Positions 55,972-64,000 of a stretch of 64,000 nucleotides of DNA are shown piece after piece. The translations under genes were made by a program, and so were the position numbers. Below the pieces are notes generated by a model. It had not been told where the DNA came from. It saw only the letters and a program-made list of their open reading frames with translations, and made no database searches. Position 1 is the stretch's first letter. Every line of letters begins with the position of its first letter. Origin of the DNA: Chrysomallon squamiferum (taxonomy: Eukaryota > Animalia > Mollusca); the NCBI GenBank assembly GCA_012295275.1, contig CM022669.1, positions 16,430,001 to 16,494,000 on the forward strand, written 5' to 3'.

Positions 55972-56834
55972 CTAAATACAGTAATACTTAAAGTAATATT
56001 AGTTCTTCATTAAAAAAAAAAAAAAAATATAAAAAAAAAAAAAAAAAAAAAATAAAAAATAAAAACAAACTAATTTCAGTTTTGAGAGAAAGGCAAGATG
56101 TGATACAAATATTCTGAAGTCTTAAAAATTCTGGACTACGAAAATGTTGAAATTATAATAATTTGTACTGCTTTTATATTATTTGGATTGTTTCCCCCTT
56201 GCAACGTATGTTTTACATACACAGGAGTCCAGCTTTATGTCATCTTGGGTTGAAGTGCAAAAATATTATATTAAATATACTAACGTTATTAAGCTACAAG
56301 ATTCCTCAACTGTCGGAAGTAATTCGGAGCTAAACAGGTTAAGTTAAAACTAATCAAATAAGCATACGCTTAAGTGCAACAGTTGCCCGTTTTTCAGCGT
56401 TTCATCTTCGTGTATAAAATAGAGAGTTATAATCAAACCAACAGTGTGTTTTGAGGTCAGGGGAGAAAGAAACATGAAACATGGTTCACCGAGTGTAAAA
56501 AATACATGATGTGGTTGTTAATATTAGATTTACCAATGCCCTGAAAAACTGTTATCATCAGATCTGACTTTGTGCGTCAGTTGTTGAGAAGCGAAACCAA
56601 AAAAAAAAAAAGACCTAGTAACAAGCAGATGTCAGCACGTTGAACTGATATAAACGAAGGCTCGGAATACGTTGAATATTTTACACTTCGCTGAAAACAA
56701 CAATAATCCAGAGTGAAATAACTGAAGACATCATTGATTAAATGTCAAGAATTTACTTGCTGTTTTGTCTTTATCTTCTTTTTTTTTTTTTTTTTTTTTT
56801 TCATGTTAAGGAGATAGATAGGCCCCTAGAGAGG

Positions 56835-56867
<33 letters not shown>

Positions 56868-57358
56868 TGTGAGAGACAGAGAGAGGAATATAAATTTGAA
56901 CGCTCCACTGAGTTTGATGTAAAGAGGAAAAATAAAAATAAATAAATTAATAAAAATTACAATTGATAGATTAGCGAAAGTTGCTGGTTTTCTTCCACAG
57001 CGCTTTGTACCTTCCAACGTATATGATAAAATCCGCTGATGTTGTAAGCCCTTATTGGAAAATTTAGAAATATATATATATGTTGTTTTAACAAATGTAA
57101 TAGGTACGGTGTAGTTTTAATGCAAATACTTTCATTCATTATTTAGCAAATTTACCTGATTATTATGAATATCTTTAAACTTTTAATAGTTATTTTGGAG
57201 TCTCTGAAGCCTAATAATTAACAAATTAACTAACCTACCAACTAATTAAAAATATATATATATATTGTCACAACTTTTCATGTGCAACAAGAAGAAGAAG
57301 AACAACAACAACAACAATTTAATAATAAAATAATAATAATAATAATAATAAAAATATA

Positions 57359-57389
<31 letters not shown>

Positions 57390-57863
57390 AATAATAACGA
57401 TGATGATGATGATGATAATATTATTATTATTATTACTACCACTACTAGTTATTATTATTATTATTATTATTATTATAAATAAATAAAAACATTTTCTACT
57501 AATTAACTTCATCCATATTGACGCTACAGAAATAACATGCATCACTAATTCTCTATCTGAAATGTTTCCGACTTTTAGCACGACCTGTAATCACGCGCCC
57601 CCGCAATGGTTTACCGTAAAATGCGGTTTTATTGTGAAATATCGTAGAAGAGTAATTATCTACCGCTCAGGAACTCGTCTCTTCTTCTGACTTCTTTCTT
57701 TTTTTATATAATGAAACCATGCGGTTTAATCTGTTTTGTTAGTGTTTCATTTCTCTTAGATTTTTCATGTGACTGTAATTTCATTTTTTATTTTTTATTT
57801 TATTAAATAATTGATTTTCTTCTTTTCGTTTTCTTTTTCTTTCTTTTCTATTTTTCGAAAACT

Positions 57864-57911
57864 AAAACATTCTCAAAGCAACATTTCTACTAATGCTTAT
57901 TGGTATCTGTT

Positions 57912-57999
<88 letters not shown>

Positions 58000-58107
58000 A
58001 TAATAAAGAAAAAAGTATATCAAGGTTAAATTCTGTATATCAGACATTTTATCTATACGAAAACATTCTCAAAGCAACATTTCTACTAATGCTTATTGGT
58101 ATCTGTT

Positions 58108-58177
<70 letters not shown>

Positions 58178-58287
58178 ATAATAAAGAAAAAAAAGTATAT
58201 CAAGGTTAAATTCTGTATATCAGACATTTTATCTATACGAAAACATTCTCAAAGCAACATTTCTACTAATGCTTATTGGTATCTGTT

Positions 58288-58369
<82 letters not shown>

Positions 58370-58428
58370 ATAATAAAGAAAAAAGTATATCAAGGTTAAA
58401 TTCTGTATATCAGACATTTTATCTATAC
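57864..58428 (+). repeat. Three near-identical 180-196-bp tandem units, each containing a variable (GA)n tract
   Basis: aaacattctcaaagc...tctgttttt(GA)n ggactataataaag...atctatac starts at ~57865, 58061 and 58241. Units differ only in GA count and an A-run. Lies in a GM2A-like intron. Confidence 0.95.
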
Positions 58429-58487
58429 AAAACTCTGAAGCTAACAGCTGCAGTTAAAACTATGATAACCTTTCTCCTGTATGACAT

Positions 58488-58682
58488 GCAGTACTGAGGT
58501 GCCATGTAAAATTGAGGTGACTGAGTTATTACGTAACAGTGAGCTGAGGTGTAATACTAAGGTGATGTAATACTGAAGTTACACGTATTTCGTACCTTTA
58601 TGAAACGTCACGCAATACTCAGGTCACATGTAATCATGAGGCGACTTGTAATATCTAGGTGACGTAATTCTGAGGTGACATT
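58488..58682 (+). repeat. Degenerate 16-18-bp minisatellite
   Basis: gtaatactgaggtgac(ac) consensus, about 10 diverged units. Confidence 0.7.
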
Positions 58683-59291
58683 TGATATAAATATGTTAAT
58701 TTCCCGTTCCAGTTATAGATCTAGAATAATTTATTTATTTCTTTGAAAGAAAACTTCAACACATAAAACAAGCATTTATGATATTATACTAAACTATACT
58801 GATTTACAAGCTATCGTAAGTTGTTGGGATTTGTTTTGGGTTTTTTGGGGTGGTTAATAGTTAATTTTTTGGACAGGATTGGTACTTTAATCGTTTTGTC
58901 TTCATTATATCTTTTAAAACGTCAACGAGTGATGTGTCTCGGATAAGATGGGCCATCTTTTTGTTGTTGTTGTTGTTGTTACAATTTTTACTATTACTAT
59001 TATTATTATTAGGGTCGGGTTAGGAAGTCGCTGTTTTGACCGATTACGTTTCAAATTTATATTTTTTATAAACTGCATGATATTCTCGAAATATATATAC
59101 ATTTTTTTTTACTGGCAAAATGTGTCTTAGCAGCTCTTAATAGCGTCAACAGATGGGGTTCCAAGTTATGAACACGTTATAATAAGCCTTTAGGAAAGTA
59201 TTATGAGCATCCGCTGTTTTTGCAAATCAACTAGGGCGAAAAAGGCCTGCCGAATAATACTAATACTAATACTACTACTAATAATAATAAT

Positions 59292-59331
<40 letters not shown>

Positions 59332-60923
59332 TGTTGTTGTTGTTGTAGTAGTTTTAATTTTTTTTTTCTCTCTATATGTTACCTTCAAAAGGCTTTTACA
59401 AGATTTTTAATGACGTCATTAAATAAGACTTCAAGCAAATTATCTGATAGCGTTTGTAGTTCAAAGAATCCTTCAGTTACATCTTTCGTGGTGGTGGTGG
59501 GGGTGTGGAATTAGAAAAGAAGACGATGAAGAAAATTTAATTTAACAAAGTAAATGCTTTAGAATGCGATTTCAACAAAGCAGATTTTAAAACCAATGTT
59601 TTGATCAGATTATTTCATCTGTCAGGATACTCAGAAACAGCAGAAAATACTTTTAGAGTTAACACTAGCACAGTTACCTACTTTATATTTTTTCTTTCTT
59701 TTTTGCTGTCATATTTGTTTTTCATTTTTTTTTTTTTTTTTTTTAATTCTTCATAAATCCTAAATCCAATATGTTTTCCATACACCTGCTTTATTCGGAA
59801 TCGTAAAATATTCTCAATTATTTTATTTTGTTTTATTATTTTATTATTGTTGTTTTAGATTTTTTTTTCTTTGTGTCTCTTTCTAATTAATTTTTTTCTA
59901 TTTCTTTTTATTTTTCTGTTGCACATTGACTCGAATATTTAATACTTTTCCAAGCAACATTTCCAGCAATTTGAAAACAATATTTATTTATATATTTGTT
60001 TGTTTGTTTTTTTGTTTATGAGGACTCGTTTATTTATAGTGTCATTTATTTGTCATATCTATTGTTTTATAGATATAATTATTTTATCTAATCAAAGACT
60101 AGAACATTTAGAAAACATGAAAACTCTCTAAATTACGTCAACTGAACACATGTAAACGGAATTCATGGCCAATGAACTTATATTGTTCCAGAATATGGAT
60201 TTCATATTAATCTCTCTTGTGTATTTTAAGAAAAATTGTTTCTTCAGAGTATTAATACAGATAATGCCGGATTACTTGAAGATGAAGAGAGTTATTTATA
60301 CTTTCGAAATGAACTTATTGACATTGAGTTGCATTTTTTTTTTTTTAATAATTTCACATTCAAATTTCATTCACACTCTGTTATGTTTTTATTTAAACGA
60401 CATAATAGTCACGTATCTGACCGCTTGACAGAAAGAAAAAAAACAAAAAAAAAAAAAAAAATAAAAAAAAAAATAAAAAAACGAAGAAGATCAGAAAACG
60501 AGAATAAAAAGAATTTCTGAGGTAGTTGTTTTGGCTACGTGTATTATCCAAAGTATGGAATTAATTAAAACAACATCATAAAAAATGGAAATGGAAAGGA
60601 ATAAAGAATGGAGGAACATATGAAAGATAAACATTAATTAATAATGATGATGATGATGATGATGATAAATAAACAAACAGAAAGAGAACAACTAAAAAAA
60701 GTTAATAGTGTAAGGATTATGGGTACAAAATTCTAAACTGGAGATCTCTAACATATCAGTAATGCGTTGTTTTTGTTTTTTTAAATAATAATAATAATAA
60801 TAATAACAACAACAATGGTGGGAAAAGTACTGAATAAATAAATAAATCGAAAAAGGCCCCCCAAAAATCGTTTATATGCCTTCACTTGGGATTGACTACG
60901 TATCATTTATGACTAAGGGGTAG

Positions 60924-60954
<31 letters not shown>

Positions 60955-62305
60955 GGTAAAAGACCAACAGTAAAACGTTCCAGACTTCGTTAATAAATCC
61001 CAAACTGTCACTGAAAAAGAAAGGCATATTTGTTCTAAATTATATTCTTTGCATTTTTCCCCTACTCTGCAAATCGATGCAAAGCTCGTTTATAGCTATC
61101 TCACTCTCTATGTCTGTCTGTTTGAATATCTGTAATAAGTATACAAATTCGGGTACATCAGACAGATCGCTTTTCAGAAAGCGTTATCATAATCAGAACA
61201 ACTGACGTGAACGCCATCAACAAATCAACCGCAGAAGTCAATGCACTCGAAGTGACGTCATTCCGTTCATGTTTTCAAACGATTTAAATATTTAGACCTC
61301 AGTGTATTGAAATACGCGAAAGAGCCGGTCGTTCTCTGTAGACGGAATAATATGGTGGTTGTCAAAAGCGATACGTCCAAAGATGTGCAGAGTACGTGCG
61401 TCTGTCGACATTTAGCTTCAGGGACTTTTAATACCTCATTTTCACCAATAGATAATGCAAATGAAACTCCACTGAGTCGATAATAATGATGCACATTTAT
61501 TTTTTTCTTCTTCAGGGAGGGGCTGTCTTAAAATCATCATTCCAGTTATGTCTGCGCACGACTATCCTATTTTTTGCCTTTCATTAAGTTCAACAGAAGC
61601 AAATATGAAGAACTAGATTATTGTAATTACAATGGCTGTGCTGAAGACTCGTTTAGAGGAGAATGAACTAAGGGAAATTACTCTGTGAGCGACTATGGAA
61701 GTCTTCTTATTATAAGTTTTGTTATTTCTTTTGTTGTTGTTATTATTGTTGTTGTAATTACATTTTAGTACACGAGTCCAAAAAAAAAAAAAAAAAATAA
61801 TAATAATAATAATAAAAAAAAAAAAAAAAAAAAAAAATAAAATAAAATAAAATAATATAAAATAAAATAAAAATACAAATATAAAAATAAAAATTAGTGT
61901 CATTTCGGACAAAACGGTTGAAGGGAAACAAGGCGAATAAACCCACAAAAAAAAATAAACAACTTATAAATGTCACTATGATAAATAACAGGTGCAGCAA
62001 ATAAAATTAATAAAATAACAGATTTCTGCTCCACATTTCTTTTCTGATATAACAAGAATCGTTGTCATTCTCTCGGTTTTGGCACTAATTATATGACCTG
62101 GTACCATGCGTTCTATTTATAAAGATACTAAATATATTCGAACCTATGTCTGTCAGAGAGAATCATAATAAAGTGATATAGTATATCATAATATAGTGAT
62201 TATAATAAAGTGTAAAAGCATATAAAACTGTTCAAATGAGGGAAACATCGAGGTGTGCAAAGGGAGGAAATTGCCACAGAAGAAAATGTCTGAATAAACG
62301 CTTAC

Positions 62306-62384
62306 CACAATCTCTCCATGTAAAATGTGTTATTGCTGCATCTAAAGGCCCGAAAGCCACACACAAAGCAAACAACAACAACAT
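62306..62384 (-). CDS. GM2-activator-like ML-domain protein, coding exon 1 (signal peptide)
   Basis: Acceptor cttttttacag| at 62401/62400, aaacATG at 62384, donor G|gtaagc (phase 1). Encodes MLLLFALCVAFGPLDAAITHFTWRDC: a hydrophobic signal peptide plus the FxWxxC motif of GM2A (human FSWDNC). Confidence 0.9.
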
Positions 62385-62538
62385 GTTTTGTTTTGTGGTT
62401 CTGTAAAAAAGACAAAAGTACTTCAGCTTTAAATAGTATATGCAGTATTATCAGTGTGAGAACCAACGAGTCTGTTACGTAACATGCACAGACACAATCG
62501 TTTTAATTTTTATCTGGTTATGAAGTGAAGAACCGTAC

Positions 62539-62590
62539 CTGGTGTTCGACTGATTATTTAAATAATTTTATTTTAAAAATATATATATTT
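62539..62590 (-). promoter_or_regulatory. Candidate core promoter and very short non-coding first exon of the GM2A-like gene
   Basis: Minus strand: TATATA-like tract ~62580-62587, Inr-like TCAGTC with +1 at ~62551, donor CAG|gtacgg at 62539/62538, 138 bp upstream of the 62400 acceptor. Confidence 0.4.
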
Positions 62591-62878
62591 TTTTTTTTTC
62601 ATTCAATTTAGAAGATACATATTTTTGGTTTGTATCATTTTAAGGAAATTAAATTACAATTTAGATACATCTGGACGAAGTCATTTTATCTTGCTGTAAA
62701 ATAAATAAACTGTACGTATTTTTATTTTATTTTTTGTTTTAAATGTTTAAAATATTTTAGTTTTTTGTTAATTTTCTTTCATTACAGTTTTTTCTTTTTA
62801 TTATTATAATTATTCTGTAATATTACTATTGAAGGAATTATAATTTAAACAAACTTAAACACTTTCATTTTATTTATC

Positions 62879-62930
<52 letters not shown>

Positions 62931-63174
62931 CATTAACACAATGTGTTGTTTTCAATGTTTTTGTTTCAGTCTGCTGAAACTCCGTACCTATTATTCAACT
63001 GATTTTAATTTTGTTCTTATTATTTTTATTTAATAATTGATTAATCCATTTTCTGTCTTATCTGTTATGATGTTAATGAAATTAAACTATAACTTCAATG
63101 ACCTGAAATAAAACAAATCTTAGAAATATCTCAACAGTAATTTTAATGTATAATATTTATAAATATTTACACAT

Positions 63175-63385
63175 GAAAAGAAACCCACTGTTGCCACTAA
63201 GTTGGCTAATCTTATCACTGAACTGACCTGCACTTTTCCAGACAGAGCAAAACACATACCACAGTCTGATAAAACCATTACAGGACATTAACTTGAATGA
63301 GAAAAAGCACAGTAAGTTTCTTTCAGGAGTGAAGTTCCCGTGAACAGTTATGATTCACCCTAGTGCACTTACCACAGGTCCAGCA
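63175..63385 (-). mobile_element. Old, heavily diverged SINE-like copy
   Basis: gaaacccactgttgccac...tgcacttttccagacagagcaaaacacataccacagtctgat...gaatgagaaaaag...gcacttaccac follows, from memory, the block order of the reverse complement of a widespread molluscan tRNA-SINE. Related to 10957-11055. Confidence 0.5.
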
Positions 63386-64000
63386 TTATTAAGCTTTAAT
63401 GAACAAAAAAAAAAATGTCTGGGGAAAAAAAGAATCAGTAAAAATATATCTGCAGTTTATCTGGGTCATTACAGTTAAAAGTTGCAAATGTTACAAAATT
63501 TAAATTAAATCTTCAATATTCTGTTCCGTTCTGAAGTTTATAACAAGCTATCTCAGTAGAGAAGTAATTTAACGACTTTTTTTTTTAATGTATTAACAGT
63601 TTTTTATTTATGTTATTGTGGTTGAGTATTTATGCTGAATTTTGGAAAAGTCTGCAGACAAATCTAATAAAAAACTAGTATCTGTCAATGCACGTTGATT
63701 TTAGTGATTGTAGAACAAAAATATTGAAAACAACACATCATCTTAATAATAATAATAAATAGATAAAAATGTTCTGCTAAGTAACTTATCTGTACTGATA
63801 CTATAGAAATAACACAGTACAACACAATAATAGTAACTGTAATAATAAACAAATAAAACACTAAATAATAATAATAAAAACAGAACACATTAAACCCAAC
63901 CGTCATTATTGTTTATTTTTATACAAAATATAGTCACTCTTCATATATAACCAAAATGGAATATACAATGTACACCTATTTCAAAGTTATCACATTTGCA

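Noticed and set aside
56205-56250. Possible extra GM2A-like exon (DDIKLDSC) in the long intron
   Set aside because: Weak acceptor and a donor phase that does not fit. The 62306>55971 junction already gives the canonical FxWxxC-D continuity.
59395-59490. Minus-strand open stretch KDVTEGFFELQTLSDNLLEVLFND ending near a gtaac donor
   Set aside because: In-frame stop before the donor, no acceptor, and no recognisable homology.

Overview
AT-rich, microsatellite-dense eukaryotic DNA. The gene families and repeats suggest a mollusc or other lophotrochozoan (inference). Two spliced genes on the minus strand can be reconstructed by hand. (1) An orphan class A GPCR of the FMRFamide-receptor-like/GPR139-like group: CDS join 4672-4639 + 4106-3103, 345 aa. 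Its true N-terminus lies in a small upstream exon, not at the ORF-track start. (2) A four-coding-exon GM2-activator-like (ML-domain) secreted lipid-binding protein that the ORF track almost entirely misses: CDS 62384-62306, 55971-55761, 53354-53153, 52631-52515, 202 aa. It lacks one canonical disulfide pair and has a new C-terminal CxGxxC pair. The ~48 kb between the genes has no supportable coding sequence. It holds an internally deleted Tigger/pogo transposon with TIRs and TA duplication, a second left-end fragment of it, a tRNA-derived SINE, a second old SINE-like family, an unnamed ~200-bp dispersed repeat, many minisatellites and several CpG-rich candidate regulatory islands. I see no clear evidence of a wholly new biological system. 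The best leads are the atypical GM2A-like protein and its co-oriented neighbour, the orphan GPCR.
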